Numbered from the stretch's first letter, positions 1 to 8,336 are shown. The stretch: 64,000 bases of DNA from an uncultured Oscillospiraceae bacterium (GCA_946546815.1 CAMNOL010000001.1:4998-68997), one strand, 5' to 3'. The notes: generated by a model from the letters alone, not told the origin. Program-made: numbers and translations.

Positions 1-45
1 AACACAGAGTCCTAAATTCTGAACCGATTCATGGAGGTGGCAGCA

Positions 46-873
46 TTGGCATTGATGAGAAAACGGGGACTGTTTGAGAGCAACCGGGTTCTGTTTCTTC
101 CTGTGGGCAATATTGTCCCCAATCCAAACCAGCCCAGAAAAAAATTTGCCAAGGCAGGTCTGCTGGAACTGGCGGACTCCATTCAGCAGCACGGCGTTCT
201 GCAGCCCCTTTCTGTCCGGCGGCTCACCGGTGGACAATATGAACTGATTTCCGGAGAGCGCCGCCTGCGCGCAGCAAAGATGGCCGGACTGGATACTGTT
301 CCCTGTATTCTGGTCAGCGCGGACAATCTGGAGTCCTCTCTTCTGGCTTTGATTGAAAATCTACAGCGCCGTGATCTGGACTTTGTGGAGGAGGCCAACG
401 CCCTGCAAACGCTGATTTCTACTTATCACCTGTCTCAGGAGGAGGCTGCCCGCCGGGTGGGCAAAAGTCAGAGCGCAGTGGCCAACAAGCTGCGGCTGCT
501 GAAGCTGTCTCCCACGCTGCTGGAGGCCTTGCGGGCTTCCGGTCTGACCGAGCGGCATGGCCGGGCGCTGCTTCGCCTTCCCGAGCAGCAGCGAAAGGAA
601 GCCATGAACCACATCATAGAAGAAGGTCTCAATGTTGCCCAGACGGACGCCTACATCGACCAATTGCTTGCTCCCCCGCCGGAAAAGCCATCCAAACGCT
701 CCAGACCCAAAATTTACATCCGGGACATCCGTCTCTTTCTCAACACCCTGCGCCGTGGCCTGGAAACCATGCAGCGCAGCGGCCTGGACGCCCAGTGCGG
801 CCAGGAGGAAAATGAAGACTCCATCGTCCTGACCATTACCATTCCCAAAAATAAGACCAAAACTCCTGTGTAG
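46..873 (+). CDS. noc: Nucleoid occlusion protein Noc (ParB paralog)
   Basis: ParB CTPase motif GERRLRA. HTH region GKSQSAVANKLRLLK...ERH carries the Q/K/K/R residues typical of Noc rather than ParB. Upstream of soj-spo0J. TTG at 46 follows a GGAGGT RBS (ORF track starts at 31). Confidence 0.8.
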   Translation: MALMRKRGLFESNRVLFLPVGNIVPNPNQPRKKFAKAGLLELADSIQQHGVLQPLSVRRLTGGQYELISGERRLRAAKMAGLDTVPCILVSADNLESSLLALIENLQRRDLDFVEEANALQTLISTYHLSQEEAARRVGKSQSAVANKLRLLKLSPTLLEALRASGLTERHGRALLRLPEQQRKEAMNHIIEEGLNVAQTDAYIDQLLAPPPEKPSKRSRPKIYIRDIRLFLNTLRRGLETMQRSGLDAQCGQEENEDSIVLTITIPKNKTKTPV

Positions 874-919
874 CTCTCTCTCTTCCCCTGCGCCGCCCCT
901 GTGGCGGTGCATTTTTTAC

Positions 920-935
920 TGTTTCATGTGAAACA
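920..935. promoter_or_regulatory. parS site TGTTTCATGTGAAACA
   Basis: One mismatch to the parS palindrome TGTTTCACGTGAAACA; adjacent to soj/spo0J. Confidence 0.9.
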
Positions 936-946
936 TTTTTCTTGAT

Positions 947-962
947 TATTTCCCGTGAAACA
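947..962. promoter_or_regulatory. Hybrid NBS/parS site TATTTCCCGTGAAACA
   Basis: Left half matches the Noc-binding site (TATTTCCC); right half matches parS (GTGAAACA). Confidence 0.6.
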
Positions 963-991
963 TATTTTTTTGGTTTTTCATAGAAAAAAGG

Positions 992-1020
992 TTGAAAACT
1001 GTTTCATGGGTGACTATAAT
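992..1020 (+). promoter_or_regulatory. SigA-type promoter of soj
   Basis: TTGAAA-17 bp-TATAAT. Confidence 0.75.
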
Positions 1021-1192
1021 GGACAGGTATTAGGATAGATAAGAGACTCCAAACAACAGAATCTGAGCTGATTGTCAGGCTGTTTTGTCAGATTATGTTA
1101 CAATTGCGCCCTGGTGGGGTGAAAAACAATGTCCTGTATGGGCCAGCTTCTGTTGTGGTGTGTTTTCAGAGAAAAAAGGAAGGTCATGTTTC

Positions 1193-1966
1193 ATGGCAAA
1201 AAGAATCGTCATTGCAAACCAGAAGGGCGGTGTGGGTAAAACCACCACAGCGGTAAACCTCTCCGCAGCGCTGCACCAGCAGGGCAAGCGGGTGCTGATG
1301 GTGGACTTCGACCCCCAGGCAAACGCCACTTCCGGTCTGGGCGTTGACAAAAACGCCACCTCTCCCAATATTTACGATGTGCTGGTCAACGGAGCCGATC
1401 CCAAAAAGGCTGTGGTAAAATCCCCCTGGTGCGACGTGCTCCCCTCTCACAAGTCCCTGGCCGGCGCCGGCATTGAACTGATCGGTATGCCCGACCGGGA
1501 ATTCCTGCTGGACAAGGCGCTGGACCAACTGGAACCCGACTACGACTACATCATCATCGACTGTCCGCCCTCTCTGGAGCTGCTGACGCTGAACGGCCTG
1601 TGTGCTGCCCGTTCCATCATCATCCCTGTCCAGTGCGAGTACTACGCCCTGGAGGGTCTCAGCGACCTGACCAATACCCTGCGGATCGTGAAAAAGCGTC
1701 TGAATCCGGAGCTGGACATTGAGGGTGTGCTGCTGACCATGTACGACGGGCGCACCAATCTGTCCATTCAGGTGGGCGAAGAGGTCAAGCGCTACTTCAA
1801 ACGGAAGGTCTTTTTCACCCTGATTCCCCGGAACGTGCGGTTGTCCGAGGCACCCAGCCACGGCAAGCCTGTGATCGCCTATGACCGATGGTCCCGGGGG
1901 GCGGATGCCTACAACGCGCTGGCCCGGGAACTGATCCGGAAAAACAGCCTGCACCCCGGCGCCTGA
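1193..1966 (+). CDS. soj: Chromosome partitioning ATPase Soj/ParA
   Basis: Deviant Walker A NQKGGVGKTT, DFDPQAN, IDCPP, RNVRLSEAPSHG. ATG 1193 follows an AAGGAAGG RBS. Confidence 0.97.
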   Translation: MAKRIVIANQKGGVGKTTTAVNLSAALHQQGKRVLMVDFDPQANATSGLGVDKNATSPNIYDVLVNGADPKKAVVKSPWCDVLPSHKSLAGAGIELIGMPDREFLLDKALDQLEPDYDYIIIDCPPSLELLTLNGLCAARSIIIPVQCEYYALEGLSDLTNTLRIVKKRLNPELDIEGVLLTMYDGRTNLSIQVGEEVKRYFKRKVFFTLIPRNVRLSEAPSHGKPVIAYDRWSRGADAYNALARELIRKNSLHPGA

Positions 1967-1976
1967 TGTGTTATAA

Positions 1977-1992
1977 TGTTTCATGTGAAACA
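1977..1992. promoter_or_regulatory. parS site TGTTTCATGTGAAACA overlapping an extended -10 (TGTTATAAT, 1969-1977)
   Basis: Same 16-mer as 920-935; directly abuts TATAAT upstream of spo0J. Confidence 0.9.
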
Positions 1993-2197
1993 CAGCAAAA
2001 CTCAGCCAGCGCAGAGATGACTACCATTTGATTCCTTCCATGATTCTCATTGGAATCAATCCTCTGTTTTGCGCTGATGTGATCGGTGTTCCCTGTCATA
2101 CATGAAAATCAGGGAGAACCATAATTTCGAACAATTCCCAGAGATTCTGCTGACGCAAGCAGCAGTCCTCAGCGGTAAAGGAAAGGAGTTCCCATTC

Positions 2198-3094
2198 ATG
2201 GCAAGAAGAAACAGCTTCTCCGGCCTGGGCCGTGGTCTGGGCGCACTGATGGGCGAGGCAGCGCTGGAGCCGGAACAGGAAGGCGTCAGCAAACTTCCCA
2301 TTTCCAAGGTTCAGCCCAACGTTCAGCAGCCGAGAAAGAAGTTTGACCCGGACGCTCTGGCGGATCTGGCCGACTCCATCAAACAGCACGGCATGATCCA
2401 GCCCATCTGCGTCCGGCTGCTGTCCAGCGGCTACTATCAGATCATTTCCGGCGAGCGCCGCTGGAGGGCTGCCAGCCAGGCGGGTCTGGAGGAGGTCCCG
2501 GTGGTCATCATCGAGGCAGACGACCGCAAGGTCATGGAGCTGAGCCTGATCGAAAACCTCCAGCGGGAAGACCTGAACGCTATGGAAGAAGCCCAGGGCT
2601 ATCTGACGCTGATGCAGGAATTCGGCATGACCCAGGAGGCGGTGTCCAAACAGGTGGGAAAGAGCCGCAGCGCGGTGGCCAACGCGGTCCGGCTGCTGTC
2701 CCTGCCCGACGACCTGAAAAGTCTGGTGGAGGAGGACAAGCTCACCGCTGGACACGCCCGCGCCCTGCTCTCTGTGCCAGAGGATGAGTCCCGCCGGGCA
2801 CTGGCGGAAAAGATCATATCCGACGGGCTCTCCGTCCGTCAGGCGGAGGAGCTTGCCAAAAAGCTCTCCGGCAGAGAGTCTCAGCCGGAACCGGAACAGA
2901 AGCCGGCAGCTGACCCGCTGAGCCTGGACTACGCTGCGCTGGCCGCAAAAGAACTGGGCGACTCTCTGGGCCGCAAGGTGAAAATCGTCAGCGGCAAGCG
3001 CAAGGGCCGTCTGGAGCTGGAATACTACGGTGTGGATGACCTGAACGACCTGCTGGATGCGTTAAAGTCCCTTTCGGGCAGAATTTCCGGTTGA
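2198..3094 (+). CDS. spo0J: Chromosome partitioning protein Spo0J/ParB
   Basis: N-terminal GLGRGLGAL peptide, GERRWRA, HTH GKSRSAVANAVRLL, AGHARAL. RBS AAGGAG. Confidence 0.96.
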   Translation: MARRNSFSGLGRGLGALMGEAALEPEQEGVSKLPISKVQPNVQQPRKKFDPDALADLADSIKQHGMIQPICVRLLSSGYYQIISGERRWRAASQAGLEEVPVVIIEADDRKVMELSLIENLQREDLNAMEEAQGYLTLMQEFGMTQEAVSKQVGKSRSAVANAVRLLSLPDDLKSLVEEDKLTAGHARALLSVPEDESRRALAEKIISDGLSVRQAEELAKKLSGRESQPEPEQKPAADPLSLDYAALAAKELGDSLGRKVKIVSGKRKGRLELEYYGVDDLNDLLDALKSLSGRISG

Positions 3095-3119
3095 CAATGG
3101 TAAATAATTGGCAGATAAT
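3091..3119 (+). promoter_or_regulatory. SigA-type promoter of serS overlapping the spo0J stop codon
   Basis: TTGACA-17 bp-GATAAT. Confidence 0.7.
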
Positions 3120-3186
3120 AAGTGCAGTACCGCGGCGCCGATGATGACGGAAAATGCCGCTGAAGGAAACCAAAGGTGAACGATTT

Positions 3187-4581
3187 ATGTTAGATATCAA
3201 ATTTGTCCGTGACAACCCCGAGGTTGTCAAAGAAAATATCCGAAAGAAATTTCAGGATGAAAAGCTGCCTCTGGTAGACCAGGTCATCGACCTGTACGCC
3301 CAGGCGCTGGAGGCCAAGCAGAAGGCTGAGGCTCTGCAGGCCAACCGCAACGCCCTGTCCAAGCAGATTGGCATGCTGAAGGGGCAGGCCAAAAAGAACC
3401 CCGACCAGGCAGAGGAAAACGAGAAGAAAATCGCGGAGATCACTGCACAGGTCACTGCCGAGTCTGAGGAGCGTGAGTCCCTGCTGGCAAAGCAGTATGA
3501 GCTGGACGCAAAGGTTCGGGAGATCATGCTGGTGATTCCCAACATCATCGATCCCTCCGTGCCCATTGGCCCTGACGACTCCTGGAACGTGGAGATTCAG
3601 CGTTTCGGCGAGCCCAAGGTGCCTGAGTATGACATCCCCTATCATACCGATATCATGGGCGCCTACAACGGCATCGACCTGACCAGCGCCCGCCGTGTCT
3701 CCGGCACCGGCTTCTATTACCTGCTGGGCGACATCGCCCGGCTCCATGAGGCCGTGCTGGCTTATGCCCGTGACTTTATGATTGATCGGGGCTTCACTTA
3801 CGTCATCCCCCCCTATATGATCCGGGGCGAGATGGTGGAGGGCGTCATGTCCTTCCCCGAGATGGACGCCATGATGTACAAGATCGACGACCCCTCTGTC
3901 ACCGATCCCAAAAACAACCTGTATCTGATCGGCACCTCCGAGCACTCCATGATCGCCCGCTTCAACGGACAGATCATTCCCGAGGCAGAGCTGCCTCTGA
4001 ACCTGACCTCCTACTCCCCCTGTTTCCGCAAGGAGAAGGGCTCTCACGGTTTGGAGGAGCGGGGCGTGTACCGCATCCATCAGTTCGAGAAGCAGGAGAT
4101 GATTGTCATCTGCAAGCCCGAGGACTCCATGGACTGGTATGACAAGCTGTGGCACAATTCCGTGGATCTGTTCCGCTCTCTGGACATCCCGGTGCGCCAG
4201 CTGGAGTGCTGCTCCGGCGACCTGGCTGATCTGAAGGTCAAGAGCTGCGACATTGAGGCCTGGTCCCCCCGCCAGAAGAAGTACTTCGAGGTTTGCTCCT
4301 GCTCCAACCTGGGTGACGCACAGGCCCGCCGTCTGGGTATTCGCTACAGTGAGAACGTGGAAGTGGTTGACAAGAAGGGCCGCAAGAAGGTCAAGAAGGT
4401 CACCAAGCTGGCCCACACACTGAACAACACCTGCGTCGCTCCTCCCCGTATGCTGATTGCGTTCCTGGAGAACAATCTGAACGCAGACGGCTCCGTGAAC
4501 ATTCCTGAGGCCCTGCGTCCCTATATGGGCGGCAAGGCAAAGCTGGAAAAGGCAAAGACCTACATTCCGCCTCAGGACTGA
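3187..4581 (+). CDS. serS: Serine--tRNA ligase
   Basis: MLDIKFVRDN start, coiled-coil arm, GTSEH, CFRKE...HQFEKQE, EVCSCSN, HTLNNT. Confidence 0.97.
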   Translation: MLDIKFVRDNPEVVKENIRKKFQDEKLPLVDQVIDLYAQALEAKQKAEALQANRNALSKQIGMLKGQAKKNPDQAEENEKKIAEITAQVTAESEERESLLAKQYELDAKVREIMLVIPNIIDPSVPIGPDDSWNVEIQRFGEPKVPEYDIPYHTDIMGAYNGIDLTSARRVSGTGFYYLLGDIARLHEAVLAYARDFMIDRGFTYVIPPYMIRGEMVEGVMSFPEMDAMMYKIDDPSVTDPKNNLYLIGTSEHSMIARFNGQIIPEAELPLNLTSYSPCFRKEKGSHGLEERGVYRIHQFEKQEMIVICKPEDSMDWYDKLWHNSVDLFRSLDIPVRQLECCSGDLADLKVKSCDIEAWSPRQKKYFEVCSCSNLGDAQARRLGIRYSENVEVVDKKGRKKVKKVTKLAHTLNNTCVAPPRMLIAFLENNLNADGSVNIPEALRPYMGGKAKLEKAKTYIPPQD

Positions 4582-4650
4582 ACCGGTTCAATACAGCGGC
4601 AAATCCGCCGTCTGTCTATTGATAATTTTTAGGAAAGAGAGTGAAGTAAA

Positions 4651-5037
4651 ATGAAAAAGCCTTCCTGGATCGATGAGTTCAAAGAATTCATCATGCGCGG
4701 CAACGTGCTGGACCTGGCTGTGGGCGTCGTCATCGGCAGTGCCTTCACTGCCATCGTCACCGCCATTGTTGAGAACCTGCTGACCCCCATCATCGGCCTG
4801 ATCGTCGGCAACACCGACTTCTCCAAGCTGGTCATCGCCGGCTTCGGCGTGGGCAATGTCATCAACGCCATCATCACCTTCCTGATCACCGCCTTCGTGG
4901 TCTTTTGGATTGTCAAGGTTGTCAACCGCATCATGCCCAAGAAGGAAGAAGAACCCGCTCCCGAGGAGCCCGCTGGCCCCACCACCGAGGAACTGCTGGC
5001 TGAGATCCGCGACCTGCTGAAAGAGCAGAAGAAATAA
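4651..5037 (+). CDS. mscL: Large-conductance mechanosensitive channel
   Basis: EFKEFIMRGNVLDLAVGVVIG...; C-terminal LLAEIRDLL. Confidence 0.97.
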   Translation: MKKPSWIDEFKEFIMRGNVLDLAVGVVIGSAFTAIVTAIVENLLTPIIGLIVGNTDFSKLVIAGFGVGNVINAIITFLITAFVVFWIVKVVNRIMPKKEEEPAPEEPAGPTTEELLAEIRDLLKEQKK

Positions 5038-5378
5038 TGCTCTCCAAGCGCATCTGGGCCATGATGGGCGTAGTGTACATGGTTATCATCGTGCTGCTGA
5101 TGCTGTACTGGATGGCGACCATGACGCTGATCTCCGGCATCACCGGAATCATGACTTTTCCCGCCTTTGCCGCCCTGTCGGCTCAGTACTGGAATCGGCG
5201 CTGGATCATCCGCCACGGACGACAGGGTCATGTGGAGGACCCGGACTTTCAGGAACCTCCCTTCCCCCAGCCCGGCGGTCATCAGGAGCTTGCAGCCGGA
5301 CTTGTCTTCGCCGTGCTGTCGGTCCTTTCCCTGGCCTACGGTCTGAAACAGCTGGCTGCCGCTTTGGGCGCCGTATAA
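5037..5378 (+). CDS. Hypothetical membrane protein (about 3 TM)
   Basis: TAATG overlap with mscL; hydrophobic segments; followed by a terminator. Confidence 0.65.
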   Translation: MLSKRIWAMMGVVYMVIIVLLMLYWMATMTLISGITGIMTFPAFAALSAQYWNRRWIIRHGRQGHVEDPDFQEPPFPQPGGHQELAAGLVFAVLSVLSLAYGLKQLAAALGAV

Positions 5379-5386
5379 CGCAACAG

Positions 5387-5430
5387 AAAACAGCGATAGG
5401 AACTGCAACGGTTCGTATCGCTGTTTTTTT
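5387..5430 (+). terminator. Intrinsic terminator after the mscL operon
   Basis: AAAACAGCGATA...TATCGCTGTTTT stem followed by a T run. Confidence 0.8.
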
Positions 5431-5670
5431 GCTGTGACCCAAAAAACATCCCTCTGGGCGCAGCTTCTTCTGTCTGTCCCCATGCGGAGCAGGATTCTCT
5501 GACAGACCGAATTGGTGCCTCACTCCTTTCTGACTCATTTTTCCCACATTTCTTTCAAAACAGGTGGAAAACTTCCTTCTTATCTGGTAGAATAAAGCGT
5601 GTTCTGTTTGGTATTATTTCAGGTTCTCCACAGGAACCTGTGTGATTTTCTTTTTCCTTTGGAGGCCGCC

Positions 5671-6372
5671 ATGAAAACCATCATCGAATCCGGATTACAG
5701 GCTCTGGGCCGTTCCCCTGCCCCTGCGGGTGCGCTGGCAATCTACGGGGAACTGCTGCTGGAGCAGAATCAGGTCATGAACCTGACCGCCATCACCCAGC
5801 CGGACCAGGTTGCCCGGCTGCATATGCTGGACTGCGCTGCTGTGCTGGGCGCCGCAGATTTCCCTGGAAAAGCGGTGCTGGATGTGGGCACCGGCGCGGG
5901 CTTTCCCGGTCTTGTGCTGAAGCTCTGCGAACCTTCCATCCAGCTGACGCTGCTGGACTCCCTGGCCAAGCGCATTGACTGGCTCAGCCGCATTGCCCCG
6001 GAACTGGGTGCAGAAGAGATTCGCTGCGTCCACGCCCGGGCGGAGGAGCTTTCCTCCCTGCCCGACTGGCGGGAGCAGTTTGACATCGTCACCTCCCGTG
6101 CGGTGGCAGATCTCCGGATTCTGTGTGAGCTGTGCCTGCCCTTTGTAAAAGTGGGCGGTGTCTTTCTGGCTATGAAGGCCGAGGACTCCAACGAAGAAGT
6201 CAACTCTGCCGGTCGTGCCGTCTCAATTCTGGGTGGACGGCTGCTCCCCGCTTTCTCTTACCGCATTCCGGGTACTGACGTCAGCCGCAAGGTAATTCGG
6301 GTGGAGAAAATAAAACCTTCTCCGCAAAAATACCCCCGACGTTTTTCCAAAATGAAAAAAGCGCCCCTTTAA
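5671..6372 (+). CDS. rsmG: 16S rRNA m7G527 methyltransferase
   Basis: MNLTAI, HMLDC, DVGTGAGFPG, VTSRAVA, KYPR. ATG 5671 after GGAGG. Confidence 0.95.
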   Translation: MKTIIESGLQALGRSPAPAGALAIYGELLLEQNQVMNLTAITQPDQVARLHMLDCAAVLGAADFPGKAVLDVGTGAGFPGLVLKLCEPSIQLTLLDSLAKRIDWLSRIAPELGAEEIRCVHARAEELSSLPDWREQFDIVTSRAVADLRILCELCLPFVKVGGVFLAMKAEDSNEEVNSAGRAVSILGGRLLPAFSYRIPGTDVSRKVIRVEKIKPSPQKYPRRFSKMKKAPL

Positions 6373-6491
6373 TGCATTTTATTCTTTTTCAGGTTTGATT
6401 TTTTTTCGGAGAATCCTGTGTTTCATGGGTTTTTATGTCATATTTTTTCACCATTTCCTTTTTCTGATTTTATTTTTCGCACAAAAAACTA

Positions 6492-6520
6492 TTGCTATTT
6501 CATTTTATTCTTGTTAAAAT
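6492..6520 (+). promoter_or_regulatory. SigA-type promoter of minD-mgsA
   Basis: TTGCTA-17 bp-TAAAAT with extended TG. Confidence 0.65.
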
Positions 6521-6541
6521 ATTTGTAATGCGAGGTTGACA

Positions 6542-7279
6542 ATGGGCATTTCAATTGTGATCACCTCCGGTAAGGGCGGCACAGGCAAGACCTCCGTGCT
6601 CTGCGGGGTCGCCTCCTGTCTGGCCGCGATGAACTACCGGGTGCTTTGCCTGGATATGGATATCGGTCTTCGGAATCTGGATATGGTTCTGGGCATGACG
6701 GACCGGGTGCTGATGGATTTTTCCGATGTGATTTACCAGCGCTGCTCCCTGCTGGACGCTGTTGTAGAACACCCGCAAATCAAAAACCTGTATCTGCTCA
6801 CCGCCCCTGTCAGCGCCCGGGCTTCTCATATCGACCGCATCGATGTGATGACGCTGTTGGGACAGATCAAACGGGAATTTGACTTCTGCCTCATTGACAG
6901 CCCGGCAGGAATTGACGCAGGCTTTGAACTGGCCTGTGCCGGTGCGGACCGGGCCATTGTGGTGTCCACGACGGAGCCATCCTCCCTGCGGGACGCCCAG
7001 CAGGCTGTCAACCAGCTTCGCAGCAGACGCATCCCCATCCATCTGGTGGTCAATAAAATGTCCAAAAAGCTGCTGCGGAAGCTGCATACCACCATTGATG
7101 ACGCTATGGATACTGCAGGCCTGCCCCTGCTGGGTATTATTCCCCAGGATGACAAAATTCCGGTGTACAACGGCCTTGGCCAGCCCGTGATTTTAAAAGA
7201 ACGCCGGGGCGCTGCCGTGGCCTACTACAACATCGCCCGGCGGCTTCTGGGACAGCGGGTTCCGCTGCACCGATTCTGA
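6542..7279 (+). CDS. minD: MinD-family ATPase lacking a C-terminal membrane-targeting helix
   Basis: TSGKGGTGKT, DMDIGLRNLD, IDSPAGI; ends LLGQRVPLHRF. Confidence 0.88.
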   Translation: MGISIVITSGKGGTGKTSVLCGVASCLAAMNYRVLCLDMDIGLRNLDMVLGMTDRVLMDFSDVIYQRCSLLDAVVEHPQIKNLYLLTAPVSARASHIDRIDVMTLLGQIKREFDFCLIDSPAGIDAGFELACAGADRAIVVSTTEPSSLRDAQQAVNQLRSRRIPIHLVVNKMSKKLLRKLHTTIDDAMDTAGLPLLGIIPQDDKIPVYNGLGQPVILKERRGAAVAYYNIARRLLGQRVPLHRF

Positions 7280-7324
7280 AAACGAATTCGTTCCTCCCTT
7301 TTTCCCCAGAAAGGAGTTTTTCTC

Positions 7325-7741
7325 ATGAATATTGCATTGTTGTCTGATGAGAGTAAGCAGGAGCTAATGGTACAGTTCTGCATCGCCTACTGCGGGATCC
7401 TTGCTAAGCACACCCTGTGTGCCACCAGCGAAACCGGCAAGGCAATTGCAGAGGCCACCGGCTTGGATGTAAAACTGTTTTTGTCCCACGCTCACGGCGG
7501 CGCCCAGCAGATCGGCGCCCGCATCTCCTACAATGAGCTGGATATGGTTCTGTTTTTCACCGGCCCCAACAACGAGGCGTATCTGGACGATCTGTCCTCC
7601 ATCTGCCACCTGTGCGATGTGAACAACGTCCCCGTTGCCACCAATATTGCCACGGCGGAAATGCTCATCATGGGCCTGAACCGCGGCGACCTGGACTACC
7701 GGGAAATTCTGTACCCCCGCACCAAGCAGGTATTGGTATAA
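7325..7741 (+). CDS. mgsA: Methylglyoxal synthase-like protein, catalytically degenerate
   Basis: Overall MgsA pattern (MNIAL...ELMVQF...EATGL...QQIGA...LCDV...PVATNIATAE), but GGDQQ is GGAQQ, AHD is SDE, RDP is TGP and HEPD is YLDD. Confidence 0.85.
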   Translation: MNIALLSDESKQELMVQFCIAYCGILAKHTLCATSETGKAIAEATGLDVKLFLSHAHGGAQQIGARISYNELDMVLFFTGPNNEAYLDDLSSICHLCDVNNVPVATNIATAEMLIMGLNRGDLDYREILYPRTKQVLV

Positions 7742-7964
7742 GATAGTCCTGGCTCTGTCCTTTTTCTTTGAGGCATCACCGCACAATAAGAACTTCAGCG
7801 CCTTGCGGTTTATTCTCCGCCAGATTGTCCGCAGCTTTCTTGAAATCCGCCAGGATTCCTGCGAAATCTTCGAACAATCTGGACAAAGAATATCCTCGCA
7901 ATTCGCTCTTGTCCCATTATGCGGTGAAGCCTTAATTTTTTCCCGGTATCAAGTTTATTTCGTA

Positions 7965-7993
7965 TTGACTGACTCCCAAAAAGCCGGTATAAT
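7965..7993 (+). promoter_or_regulatory. SigA-type promoter of the T-box/hisS-aspS transcript
   Basis: TTGACT-17 bp-TATAAT. Confidence 0.85.
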
Positions 7994-7999
7994 GTGTTG

Positions 8000-8240
8000 T
8001 TGTACCATGTTGATAGGGAATCAGTACACCGGATACCGCCGGACAGAGAAAGCGGCAGCTGCTGAAAGCCGCTACGGAAACGGCCTGATGGAAGACGTCC
8101 CCGGAGTGGGCCGGGAGACCGGCGCGGTTCCCTTCCCGCGCAGAAGAAGGCCGGAGGGCCTGTATCAGGCCGAATTTGGGTGGCACCACGAAGTGATTTT
8201 TCGCTCTCGTCCCAATGCATTTGGGGCGGGAGTTTTTTTC
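8000..8240 (+). ncRNA. T-box riboswitch, Asp specifier (GAC)
   Basis: Stem I GGGA...AGTA...AGAGA...GCTGAA...GAA GAC G TCCC. T-box AATTTGGGTGGCACCACG at 8173-8190. Terminator CTCTCGTCCCAA...TTGGGGCGGGAG followed by TTTTTTT. Confidence 0.92.
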
Positions 8241-8336
8241 ATAATTCAGGACCCCCATCCCAGGACCATGATTTCTAAGTGCTGACACCTGTGCTGTCAG
8301 CGCACAATCGTTCTCACGGAAAGGAAGACACAAGCA

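Noticed and set aside
6430-6460. Possible sporulation sigma-E promoter (GTCATATT...CATT) upstream of minD
   Set aside because: Poor -10 match and spacing; a good SigA promoter is already present.
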